The notes: a model not told the origin generated them from the sequence alone. 47,835 nucleotides of DNA from a virus (IMGVR_UViG_3300033485_000025:1-47835), one strand, 5' to 3'; positions 34,822-44,007 are shown, counted from the stretch's first letter. Numbers and translations: made by a program.

Positions 34822-35742
34822 TTATAAACATAATAATTTTTTTATCTTTTCCCCTGTCGCTTGGTAAGAGTGATTTTTTAATACCCAATTTCTTGTATTT
34901 TGTTTGTGTTTTAATAATTCTGCCCGGTTCATAAACGATAATTTTTCGATGTTATCAAACAACTCTTTCTCTGTGTTTGAAACAAAAAACGGTGTTTTTA
35001 TCCCATAAGCATTTTTATAAACTTGTTCAGTTGTGTGATTTGTTATTACTATCTTACCCATTGCCGCCGCCTCCAGTGCTGTTATCCCCCAACTTCCATA
35101 AGGTTTCCCATCTTGTTCAGGGGCGAATAATTCTATATAAGCATCGCATTTTTTAATACGTTCTAACTGGAAATCATAATCAACTTTTTGAACTGACATA
35201 TTAAAATAAAAATTTCTGTTTTTTTCATGCGCCCAATTAACGACCCTTTCAATAGTATCTGTTCCTTTTGTTTTTTCGCACGATGGGTAATGTGCAAACC
35301 TGGTGAAATCGGAATTAATAATATTTGGTTTTAATTTATCGGTATCAATAGCTCCAACTACGTAAACTTCATTCTTTGCACCAAGCCCGGAAAACTCCCC
35401 TAATGCTATTACTGAATGTTCTACATAAGGATTAAACACCGAGTTAAGCTCTTTATATCCTTTGCGATAATTAGTGCCGGTATGATAAACTATAACTCTT
35501 TTATTGTATGCCTTGCAAACTTCTAAATAGGCGACATCGGAATGCATTATTTGAACTATATCCGCCTGTTTAATTTTTTCTACGATCTTAGCAAAAGGAA
35601 TAGTTAAACTATGTGTTTTGTATTCAAAACTGTGTGGTCGCTCTTTTATATCCTCACAATCAATACCTACGCTTCTTAATGCGTTTGCGTTGTCATGAGA
35701 AAAATTAGCCCAATCGTTATTGCAGCAATTTAACACCTTCAT
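34822..35742 (-). CDS. GT-B fold (GT4-like) glycosyltransferase
   Basis: ADIVQIMH, HYPS..KTKGT, WGITALEAAAMGKIVI, WVLKNHS. Confidence 0.85.
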   Translation of the reverse strand: MKVLNCCNNDWANFSHDNANALRSVGIDCEDIKERPHSFEYKTHSLTIPFAKIVEKIKQADIVQIMHSDVAYLEVCKAYNKRVIVYHTGTNYRKGYKELNSVFNPYVEHSVIALGEFSGLGAKNEVYVVGAIDTDKLKPNIINSDFTRFAHYPSCEKTKGTDTIERVVNWAHEKNRNFYFNMSVQKVDYDFQLERIKKCDAYIELFAPEQDGKPYGSWGITALEAAAMGKIVITNHTTEQVYKNAYGIKTPFFVSNTEKELFDNIEKLSFMNRAELLKHKQNTRNWVLKNHSYQATGEKIKKLLCL

Positions 35743-36269
35743 ACCCAATTATTATTTTGCAATATATGATCTACCATACCCTTACATATTCCGTATCTAT
35801 TGGCTAACATAACTCTCGTTACTTTATTTGGAATGTATTCGGATCTAATTTTTTTGGCAATTTCTAAAGTTATTTTTGCTCTCCCGTTATTTTCTCCTTT
35901 TGCTTTTATTAGTCCCACTTTGTGCGCGTGAGCTGTGTTTTCCTTTTTTGTACACCATTCAAGATTCTCAATTCTATTATCGGTTTTAATACCGTTTTTG
36001 TGATTAATACAAGGTTGGTTTTTTGGGTTTGGAATAAATAATTTAGCTATTACTCTATGAATAAAAATGTTTTTCATTACACCTTTTTTATAAAGAGAAG
36101 TTGTTTTGTATCCATTTGAAACGCGAGGTTTAAATGTCCTTTCTCCAGTCTCTCTAAAACCAATATTCATATGGTTAACCCTTCTTGATAACGACTTAAT
36201 TTCTTCGGTTTCTATATTTATTTCATATAGATTTTTATACCCCGGAATTGAATGCCAACTTTCTTTCAT
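35739..36269 (-). CDS. NUMOD4-HNH homing endonuclease
   Basis: ESWHSIPGYKNLYEI, IHRVIAKLFIPNP, INHKNGIKTDNRIENLEWCTKKEN. Confidence 0.93.
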   Translation of the reverse strand: MKESWHSIPGYKNLYEINIETEEIKSLSRRVNHMNIGFRETGERTFKPRVSNGYKTTSLYKKGVMKNIFIHRVIAKLFIPNPKNQPCINHKNGIKTDNRIENLEWCTKKENTAHAHKVGLIKAKGENNGRAKITLEIAKKIRSEYIPNKVTRVMLANRYGICKGMVDHILQNNNWV

Positions 36270-36306
36270 TGAATGTTTTTTTATGATTGGGTTAACATAA
36301 AACAAA

Positions 36307-37056
36307 TTATCGTACTAACAAATCTTTTTTCGGTCTGTTAATTACATCTTTATAAATTCCATCTTGGTACTCATCCCCGAACCTTCTACGTGCGTTATCT
36401 TTCCGTCCCTTGTTATATAATACAATAGGCTTATAAATTATTCCTATGCGATCTTTTCCGCACATTTCTAAACACGAAAACATTAAGTTAGATTCAGTAG
36501 TTGCTTTTACCCACTCTCCATTTACTTTAAAATCCTCCTCAGTTAATTGATCGAAAAGAAACTTTTTAAAAGTGTTTAAACCAGTACTTCTGTAAACGGA
36601 TTTTCGATAAGACCTTTCAGCGTGAATAGTAGGACAGAACGGAAGAAATCCGTCAGGTAACTGATACCCATCCTGCGCTATCCAGTTTCCGTAAGTCATC
36701 CAGTTGCCCTCTAAGTATTTATCTTCAATTGTTTCAAGTGCAAAAGAAAACAACTCATCATCCAAACCAAGTAGTACTATTACAGTTTCCGGATCGAACT
36801 TCTTTTTACTAAGCCCATGTAATGCTTGCCACCTTCGATATGCAGCACCTTTATTTTCTGAACAGGTAAATATTTCTATTCTCGGATCTGAATTATTCAG
36901 ACTAATTAATGCGTCTTTAGTGGCTTGGTCGCTACCGTCATCAATTATTATAGCATCGAAATTTTTGTACGTTTGGGAAACAATACTATCGTAACATTTT
37001 TTTACGAAAGTAGAGCAGTTGTAACCGGATGATATGATGAGGAATTTTACCCCCAT
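36307..37056 (-). CDS. GT2 glycosyltransferase
   Basis: IISSGYN, SIVSQTYKNF, IIIDDGS, LGLDDEL. Likely ATG at 37056. Confidence 0.9.
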   Translation of the reverse strand: MGVKFLIISSGYNCSTFVKKCYDSIVSQTYKNFDAIIIDDGSDQATKDALISLNNSDPRIEIFTCSENKGAAYRRWQALHGLSKKKFDPETVIVLLGLDDELFSFALETIEDKYLEGNWMTYGNWIAQDGYQLPDGFLPFCPTIHAERSYRKSVYRSTGLNTFKKFLFDQLTEEDFKVNGEWVKATTESNLMFSCLEMCGKDRIGIIYKPIVLYNKGRKDNARRRFGDEYQDGIYKDVINRPKKDLLVR

Positions 37057-37145
37057 ATTAACCAAGCGATTGTTCCCCAGCCTAAAGCGGCTATGGTAAG
37101 GACTATTATTAGCCCTGATCTTATATTTCGGAATTTATCATTCAT
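37047..37145 (-). CDS. Single-TM micro-protein (32 aa, not in the ORF track)
   Basis: MNDKFRNIRSGLIIVLTIAALGWGTIAWLIWG; coupled at both ends. Confidence 0.6.
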   Translation of the reverse strand: MNDKFRNIRSGLIIVLTIAALGWGTIAWLIWG

Positions 37146-38314
37146 TATCTTACTAAATGCCCTGTTATTATTCCGGGTTTACAAGGTAGGCAGTAGTGAT
37201 CCAACGAGCTAAAATCAATAGTCAATGTATCAATTATTCCTTTTATTGGCTTCCCTTCCGGAGGAGTGTATCCGTTTAAAATACCATCATATTTTAAAGC
37301 AAACTGTTTAAACTGCTCACGTTTAGAATCTGAAATTGAGTTAATTCTATTGGCTGCATACGCATCATATAATATTCTCGTTGCTACTGCGTGTTGTAAC
37401 GCTCTTGCAAACATTTGAATATTAGTTACCAAAACAGAAGTAATGTCGCATGTAGCATTAATTTTAGCTATCAATCCGTATGTTTGACTGGTAACAAAAT
37501 CGCCAACATTATCAACTAAAGGAATATCATACCGGGATTGCGCTGCGTTCCAATTCAAATAAGAGTTGTTTATTTCTACTGGATAAATACCTAAATACTT
37601 ATTATATATTTTACTCACTGCATTCGAACATCCACCACAATCAAAATTCATTGTTAGCGCTTGTCCTTGTAATTGTTGAGCTTGCACGTTGTTAGGATCT
37701 TGCTCATAATACCCTAATAAATAATTTTGACCGGTGCCGATATTATCACCTTCGTACCTTAAAATTGCCGAGGTGATCGCTTGCCACACTAAAGAGTTTG
37801 CCGTAGTAATGCTGAATGTATAAGTGGCTAAAGGCTCTATTTGAGAGGTTACGTACAAATAAATTTTAAGATTACTTTGAATAACATTAGATTGGAAACC
37901 AAGCTTAGTAATTTGTATCGAAAGGTTTTCACTTGAATGCGGTCGTAACCAGTATCCAACGAACCTTGCATTTTGAGTTACCCGATCATTAAATGAAGCA
38001 ACACCGGTAACGATACTTTGATTATTTAAAAGCTCCCGGGAGTTAAGATTTGTTTTTACACGATTTACAAATCGTTCTAAAATAGAGATCGTTTCAGAAG
38101 ACAAAACATTTGCCAGGTAAGTTTTAGCGTCCGTTTGGTTGATCGACAAAACAGCGTCCAACATTTCAAAATCAACTGCAGTAAGATCATTAACGTACAA
38201 ACCGCTTGTGCTTGCTTTTAGAGCAGCACTCAGTCCGGTATAAGTAGCGGAAGCGTCTGCACGAAAACCAACTAAAGAAGTAGCTGCGGTTAATAACGTG
38301 GTCTTATTATACAT
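37145..38314 (-). CDS. Head-associated structural protein (head completion/adaptor-like)
   Basis: 389 aa directly after the capsid gene; SGLYVNDL motif and C-terminal CLPC. Confidence 0.6.
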   Translation of the reverse strand: MYNKTTLLTAATSLVGFRADASATYTGLSAALKASTSGLYVNDLTAVDFEMLDAVLSINQTDAKTYLANVLSSETISILERFVNRVKTNLNSRELLNNQSIVTGVASFNDRVTQNARFVGYWLRPHSSENLSIQITKLGFQSNVIQSNLKIYLYVTSQIEPLATYTFSITTANSLVWQAITSAILRYEGDNIGTGQNYLLGYYEQDPNNVQAQQLQGQALTMNFDCGGCSNAVSKIYNKYLGIYPVEINNSYLNWNAAQSRYDIPLVDNVGDFVTSQTYGLIAKINATCDITSVLVTNIQMFARALQHAVATRILYDAYAANRINSISDSKREQFKQFALKYDGILNGYTPPEGKPIKGIIDTLTIDFSSLDHYCLPCKPGIITGHLVR

Positions 38315-38326
38315 ACTGAATTTTTG

Positions 38327-38399
38327 TGAGCCTATATATAGGAGTCGAACCTATTCTCAGTAAGATTTTACCTTACCCTCTTGTCCATACAAATAAGGC
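38327..38399 (-). ncRNA. Degenerate tRNA-like cloverleaf (nominal anticodon AAA)
   Basis: Acceptor GCCTTAT/ATATAGGC with one bulge; TTGT-ATGG-ACAA; GTAAG-GTAAAAT-CTTAC; ATAGG-TTCGACT-CCTAT; 73 nt. Confidence 0.55.
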
Positions 38400-38401
38400 A
38401 G

Positions 38402-38433
38402 TAAAAAAACTCAGGGATATTACACCCTGAGTA
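38402..38433 (-). terminator. Intrinsic terminator after the major capsid gene
   Basis: ACTCAGGG-TGTAATAT-CCCTGAGT followed by a T-tract. Confidence 0.88.
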
Positions 38434-38438
38434 ATTAT

Positions 38439-39623
38439 TTAAGATGCAAACGTATTGTCATCCATAACTCCGTACTTGAAGATAGGGGTTTCAGTTGCTA
38501 CGGAAATCGGTTGTACCGCTTTCGCATAGTTAAAAGAAATTTCCCATGTTTCAGTAAAGTCTTGCGTACCACCACCATCGGCAGAGGTATCAGCACAATC
38601 ACTAATTTTGTAAACGTCAAAAGTAAACTCTGGACGTAATAGCGATTGCATGGTTGTCCAAGATTTCTCTCCGGAAACTTTATTTGCACGGTTCAAAGGA
38701 TCATTCCAATCAACGATTGCAACACCTCCCGCAGGAACGATGTAATGCAATGAGGTGTAAGTGTTTCCACCTATTGTCCCTGGTGTAATTAAGTTTGAAG
38801 GGAAAAATTCAAATCCAGCAAATTGAAACGCAGTATTGGCACTGTTGCCAGCACCTTGATTTACATACTGACGTTGTTTAGCTGTCCACATGGTATCATG
38901 TAGCTCCAAAAACGAAGGGCTGTAATTATTTTTTTGCATATCAGCCGTAACCAAATTGTAAAAATAATTCTCATTCGCTAATGTAACAGCCATAATATCA
39001 TTGACAGCATCAAACGTACCGGAACCTCCGGCATTTACTCCGGAACGATTTGTATTCAAATAGTCGATCAAATCCTGGTCGATATTTGTCCACAAAGAAA
39101 CCTCTGCATTATACAAATCGTTGGCTAATGCTCTTGCTTGCGCTACTTCATTGCCGGCATGTTGTTTAAAGTTGGTCTTGATAATTACGTTCTTGGTTCC
39201 CCAAGTCAACGCTACACTTCCACTTCCTGATTGTTCACCCGATGGAGAACACCCTTTAGTAGTGCCTACTGTAAACGCTTTCTTTTTTAGATAAAGAGCG
39301 GTAGTGGCTTGTGTGGTAGCTTGTCTTAGTGTTCCTAAATTAGGGAGAGTGAAATCCCTGTCACGTAAAAATATATCCATAGCTTTTGTAAACTCAGGAC
39401 GTAATTGGAACTTTTTATTTGCATCCGCTTTTATAAACGCTCTCGCATCTTGTAAAACAGTTTCTGCGTAAGCGTTAGCTCCTGCAATTCCAGAAGGAAG
39501 TGCTTCTCCGATTGCATATAAAGCAATACCGATCGGTAAGGCACCGAAAAGATTTTGAAATAATGCTACCGAAAACAAACACGCCAATAGCATGATTGTA
39601 CTTATTTTATTTATTGTTTTCAT
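38439..39623 (-). CDS. Major capsid protein with a hydrophobic N-terminal leader
   Basis: 394 aa, after the scaffold gene and before a strong terminator. Confidence 0.82.
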   Translation of the reverse strand: MKTINKISTIMLLACLFSVALFQNLFGALPIGIALYAIGEALPSGIAGANAYAETVLQDARAFIKADANKKFQLRPEFTKAMDIFLRDRDFTLPNLGTLRQATTQATTALYLKKKAFTVGTTKGCSPSGEQSGSGSVALTWGTKNVIIKTNFKQHAGNEVAQARALANDLYNAEVSLWTNIDQDLIDYLNTNRSGVNAGGSGTFDAVNDIMAVTLANENYFYNLVTADMQKNNYSPSFLELHDTMWTAKQRQYVNQGAGNSANTAFQFAGFEFFPSNLITPGTIGGNTYTSLHYIVPAGGVAIVDWNDPLNRANKVSGEKSWTTMQSLLRPEFTFDVYKISDCADTSADGGGTQDFTETWEISFNYAKAVQPISVATETPIFKYGVMDDNTFAS

Positions 39624-40523
39624 TTATGATTTGTTTGCGGCTTTCCACTCGACATACACTTTATCGGAAGCATCTGAGTTAGGTGTTAACTTTTCAGATT
39701 CCAATATTTCTGCCCATGTTTTGCCTTTATAATTACTATTTATTGAAGAAGTTCCTGTTGAACTTCCTGCTCCCCTGCCTCCGGTATCTTCTGATTTAAA
39801 CTTAAATCCGTAGCTTTCAGCAAAAGATTTTACTACGTCCGAAACTTTCAATGGCTCTGCTAGATTATCTCTTAGCGGTTCACCTTTATCATTTAGAACA
39901 ACGATAACATCACCTTTTTTTACGACTTTATGCTTTGCCATAAACGCGGCATTTAATAGCTCACGTTGTTTTGGTAAAGTGTCATCGTCATAGTCAAGAG
40001 GTAGTTTATTTACAGAAGAATTATATTCCGTCATAATCGCATCGGAGATAGCTTTTTCTCCTACTGTTTTTAATTCGGTTTCTTTTTCTTCCACAGTCTT
40101 TTTTAATAAGTCGATTTGATTCAATAAATCCTTGTCCGGGTCTTTGCCTTTACCGTCGTTAGATTTTTCCGTAAGTTTTGTAATCAAATCGTCCAAAGAA
40201 TCATACTTTTCAACTCCGTACTTTTTTGCGATCTCCTCTTCCTTTAATTGAAGGATAGTCCCCTTTAATTTAACATAGAGTGATTTTGGAATCGTTCCTA
40301 CATCAAATGTTTTGGGATCAACTAAACCGTTTTCTTCTTGAAACTTTATGTTAGAATTAGAAATTAATTTAGCTAAATCATCAACAGTGTGTACGATGTT
40401 TTTATTTGTAAATTCTTTAAGAATACTCTCATCCCCTGTTTCCGAGTCGGTCGCAGTTTCGAGAACTTTTTCGTCTATTTTCAACAGCTTAGACAGAGCC
40501 ACTTGTAATTTTTTGTTAATCAT
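39624..40523 (-). CDS. Capsid scaffolding protein
   Basis: Charged coiled coil with a C-terminal GGRGAG linker, upstream of the capsid gene. Confidence 0.72.
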   Translation of the reverse strand: MINKKLQVALSKLLKIDEKVLETATDSETGDESILKEFTNKNIVHTVDDLAKLISNSNIKFQEENGLVDPKTFDVGTIPKSLYVKLKGTILQLKEEEIAKKYGVEKYDSLDDLITKLTEKSNDGKGKDPDKDLLNQIDLLKKTVEEKETELKTVGEKAISDAIMTEYNSSVNKLPLDYDDDTLPKQRELLNAAFMAKHKVVKKGDVIVVLNDKGEPLRDNLAEPLKVSDVVKSFAESYGFKFKSEDTGGRGAGSSTGTSSINSNYKGKTWAEILESEKLTPNSDASDKVYVEWKAANKS

Positions 40524-40527
40524 TTTT

Positions 40528-40812
40528 TTATTTTTTTTTGGTTTTCCAGTGCTTATCCGGTTTTACAGATAAAGGTATCTTTTCAATAATATCTTCTTTG
40601 ATTACCTCAGTTTCTTTTATGGTGCGACTTATAGCAGTTTTAGTAGAAACTGCGTCCGGCTTTAAAGTTGTTTCCTCAGAAATAATATCAATTTGTTTCC
40701 ATGCGAAGTTTTTACCAAAAGTTCTTCGCATTTTGCTAAACTGTGTATCTGAAAATGTTTTTGGCTCTCCGCAAACATTTCCTTTACTATCAATTGGAAC
40801 CGCTTTTACCAT
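40528..40812 (-). CDS. Hypothetical protein, paralogue of the upstream gene's N-terminus
   Basis: KTFSDTQF...W versus MTFSDVEW...W. Confidence 0.6.
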   Translation of the reverse strand: MVKAVPIDSKGNVCGEPKTFSDTQFSKMRRTFGKNFAWKQIDIISEETTLKPDAVSTKTAISRTIKETEVIKEDIIEKIPLSVKPDKHWKTKKK

Positions 40813-41197
40813 TTTCTTGAAGTTTTTTAATTAATGATTTTTTACCCATTACCTGGTAACCTTTTATTTGAGATGATTTAGCAAGCTCTCTTAATTCTTT
40901 TTCAGAATAGTTATCGTAATTAACTTCCTGAGAAAATTCGTTTGATGAATCAACTTTGCTCACCTCGTTGATAATTTCCTTTTCAACTATAACAGGTTTG
41001 GTTGATACTTTTGGAGTGGAAGGAGTTAACACCGTTTCTTTTATCTCTACAACAGCAGCACCAACACGTTCCCATACAACTCCTACTTCCGGAGCCCGGC
41101 TTACTATTCTTTCCCATTCGACATCAGAAAAAGTCATTAATCTCGACTGTACATCTTTTCCGTTGGTAGTTGTTTTTTTTACTTGAACTTGTCCCAT
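40790..41197 (-). CDS. Protein with a C-terminal Rho-N/HeH domain
   Basis: YSEKELRELAKSSQIKGYQVMGKKSLIKKL. Confidence 0.75.
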   Translation of the reverse strand: MGQVQVKKTTTNGKDVQSRLMTFSDVEWERIVSRAPEVGVVWERVGAAVVEIKETVLTPSTPKVSTKPVIVEKEIINEVSKVDSSNEFSQEVNYDNYSEKELRELAKSSQIKGYQVMGKKSLIKKLQENGKSGSN

Positions 41198-41230
41198 TTT
41201 ATTTCGATTTAGTTAAACATAATAAAATTT

Positions 41231-43159
41231 TTATATAGTCTTTAATAATTCTTGCATTTTTGCTTTTAACTTATTTGCTAAATCTTTATCCCCTGATTCC
41301 TCCGCTCTGAATTTTGCAAGCGCTAACTGTTGCATTGCTAACGGTATCTTACCTAGTTGATCGGCTTCGGGATTACCCCCCCCCATATCTTCTGCATCAT
41401 TAGGTTCTATGTCTTGTTCCTTTACATACTTTTCAAGCGCAACAGAAATATCTTTTATTCTTTTGTTAAATTCTTGATCTGGTTTATAATCTTCTATCGA
41501 TCCGTTTTCAATTTCAAAACGCTGAATAAAATCTACGAAATTTTGTTTTAATATTTTTTTGTTGTCAGATACGGATACACTTCCTTCGACCTCTTCGTAA
41601 GTAAATCCTACCAATGGCTCTAGCTCCATAAGGATTATATTTCTTGCTAAGTCGCTTTCTGATCTTATAAACCTAGTATAAACTAATTCTTCTACCAATG
41701 TTTTAATGTATAAATAAGATGATCCGCTTTTTTTACTTTGCTCAATCTCTTTTAGTAAAGTATTCTCATCGCGAAGATTTAATTTTCTACCGTAAATAAT
41801 TTCTGCATTTACATAACGATCACCGTAATAAGCCTTTCCTAAAAAGTTTGTCAGTGTAGTTTCTACACCTTGAATAATATCAATGATCCCGGAAATAATA
41901 TCTTCTAATGGTTTTAAATTAACCATTGCTTCGGTTGCTGTTTTCTCCAATTTATCCGAATTACTTACATTATTTATTCCTAAAGCAGCGTCCAGTATTT
42001 TGTTTTCCATCCAATCAATAGCGGCTTGTTGATAAGTTAATGCATCTACTGGAGGCGCAACATATCCAGCAACATTTGTAATATTAAATGCTTTCCCTTC
42101 TTCGTCTTTCGCAGGAAGTATAATTGTAGTGGATGCATCCTTTTTAAGGTTATGACCGCCTCCTAAACATGAAGGGCAAACAATATCAAAACTTTCTCCA
42201 CCCTGTTCATATTGAATCCTTCCCTCTCTACACTGAACGCCGTGACTGGTAGCAACGCATCTTTGACCTGTTTGGTAGTAATTAGGATGGGCATGTAATG
42301 TTTCGGTTACTAAATGCTCTGCCATTTGGTGTAGATAATAATCTAGCAAGGAAATTATATCATCTACCGGACTTGTCTTTGTATAATCATCCGTTAAAGT
42401 TCGATTTATAAAAGAAACATTTACAGCCGGGCAAGATCCTGTATTATGATCTATTATTGGAAACTGTTCTGAAATTTTTACTTCTTCTCCTTGTTTTTCT
42501 AAAATATAATCCTTCTCATCATCAACTACCCTGTATAATGTAATTTCTTTTTTATCCCGAATAATATTTCCGTATTTCAAAACAATATACTCAACTGTTT
42601 TGCCGGTTACTTTGAAATTATAAACGTCATCAACCGAAACAAAAACAATATACGGTAACGCTTTGTATTCTTTTAATAATTTACGAATACCGTCTTTCTC
42701 TTGGTATCGCTTCCCTTCAAATTCAACTATCTTAGGTCTTTCAACCATAAAGAAACCATTGAACTCCTCGTAAATCGCTTTGGATAAAAAGTTTTTTATA
42801 AACTCATCAACGCTTCCACCTTTCCAACATTGCGATAATATTTTTTCTTTAAATTCTTTTGAAAGTTTGTCGCTATTTTTTACGAACTTGTAAAATTTAG
42901 AAGTGCCTTGCGCTGTTTTCCAACGTGATTGAGAATTAATAATCTTCTTAAATATTGGGCGGGTAAACGGTTTGGTGAGCAACTTCTTTTGTTTGTATTG
43001 CTCTACATTTTCATAACCGATAATTTGTTTAAGAACATTCTCAAATCCTACACCTTGAATATGTATTTTATGATCGTCCTGTATCTGTTTGTTAACAGAC
43101 ATTACGGGGCTTTCAGATGCTTTAACTAAACCGACAACTTCTTCTTGTGATAAAATCAT
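41231..43159 (-). CDS. Portal protein with a Cys-rich insertion
   Basis: 642 aa between terL and the scaffold gene; HNTGSCPA and KTATE motifs; C...C...CPSCLGGG insertion. Confidence 0.8.
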   Translation of the reverse strand: MILSQEEVVGLVKASESPVMSVNKQIQDDHKIHIQGVGFENVLKQIIGYENVEQYKQKKLLTKPFTRPIFKKIINSQSRWKTAQGTSKFYKFVKNSDKLSKEFKEKILSQCWKGGSVDEFIKNFLSKAIYEEFNGFFMVERPKIVEFEGKRYQEKDGIRKLLKEYKALPYIVFVSVDDVYNFKVTGKTVEYIVLKYGNIIRDKKEITLYRVVDDEKDYILEKQGEEVKISEQFPIIDHNTGSCPAVNVSFINRTLTDDYTKTSPVDDIISLLDYYLHQMAEHLVTETLHAHPNYYQTGQRCVATSHGVQCREGRIQYEQGGESFDIVCPSCLGGGHNLKKDASTTIILPAKDEEGKAFNITNVAGYVAPPVDALTYQQAAIDWMENKILDAALGINNVSNSDKLEKTATEAMVNLKPLEDIISGIIDIIQGVETTLTNFLGKAYYGDRYVNAEIIYGRKLNLRDENTLLKEIEQSKKSGSSYLYIKTLVEELVYTRFIRSESDLARNIILMELEPLVGFTYEEVEGSVSVSDNKKILKQNFVDFIQRFEIENGSIEDYKPDQEFNKRIKDISVALEKYVKEQDIEPNDAEDMGGGNPEADQLGKIPLAMQQLALAKFRAEESGDKDLANKLKAKMQELLKTI

Positions 43160-43234
43160 AGTATATTATATCCGAATAAAAAAGAGTAGATCAATATTTT
43201 TACCACAACGCCCACAATAGCGGATGCCACAAAT

Positions 43235-43270
43235 AAAGCAGCAACATACATTATGTACGCTGCTGCTTTT
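43235..43270. terminator. Intrinsic terminator-like hairpin
   Basis: AAAGCAGCA...TGCTGCTTT inverted repeat just downstream of the 194-aa gene. Confidence 0.6.
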
Positions 43271-43292
43271 ATTATTTTGTTTTTGTACTTCA

Positions 43293-43877
43293 CTAGCTTA
43301 CCGCCGGATTAACAAGGGTTAAGAAACCATCATTTTGTCCTGCCGGATCAGTCTTATTTAAATTGTGCTGATAAGGCCAATTAATAGGAACAAGTCCTCT
43401 TGTACCAAAACCGTTAAGAGCCATAGGGGGAATAAATGCAGGGGTTTTATACCCGGATTTGCCACCAAAAATATAACCCTTTGAAGTAATGATCCACATT
43501 TTTTTTCTTTGAGTACAATTAAGTGCTAAAAGAGATGCACGCAAAGCCTCGTCCAATAACTTAATGTTACCAGTTAAAGCCATGTTTACACCGAATGTGT
43601 TAGTAAGCCCGTCTGCGGTATCTGCTCCGGTTTCTTCTTCTCTGGACTGCTCTACAAGCTGCCCGTTGGTAAGTTCTTCGATCACAACTAATTTATCTGC
43701 ACCGATGTCAGCTATCCCTACTTGAACCTCTGCTAACGTAGGAGTTTCTCCGACAACTGTAAGGGTGCCGGACTCATCCATTAATAAGGCTTTTGAAGGA
43801 TAACCATAATCGGTAGCTTTGCACGGAAACGGAACAACTTCCATTTCGTCTGCGCAATTACAAGCTAAGTCAACCAT
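43293..43877 (-). CDS. Virion structural protein, probable tail-tube-like major protein
   Basis: 194 aa with a CNC...C...YG N-terminus, beta-rich, with its own terminator (consistent with high expression). No other tube candidate is evident. Confidence 0.5.
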   Translation of the reverse strand: MVDLACNCADEMEVVPFPCKATDYGYPSKALLMDESGTLTVVGETPTLAEVQVGIADIGADKLVVIEELTNGQLVEQSREEETGADTADGLTNTFGVNMALTGNIKLLDEALRASLLALNCTQRKKMWIITSKGYIFGGKSGYKTPAFIPPMALNGFGTRGLVPINWPYQHNLNKTDPAGQNDGFLTLVNPAVS

Positions 43878-43955
43878 TGTTTTAATTATTTGTTAAACAG
43901 TAAAGGCTCTGCTAACATAATATTATTTTTTACATACGATAATTTATTTGAAAAT

Positions 43956-43981
43956 AAAAAAGCACCCGATGAAGGGTGCTT
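43956..43981 (-). terminator. Intrinsic terminator closing the moron-like unit
   Basis: AAGCACCC-TTCATC-GGGTGCTT followed by TTTT on the - strand. Confidence 0.85.
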
Positions 43982-44007
43982 AATTAATATTGTAAATGAA
44001 TGTTTAT

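Noticed and set aside
38327-38399. Functional tRNA-Phe gene
   Set aside because: Bulged acceptor stem, 4-nt D-loop, purine at position 32, atypical AAA anticodon and no CCA. Kept only as a tRNA-like element.
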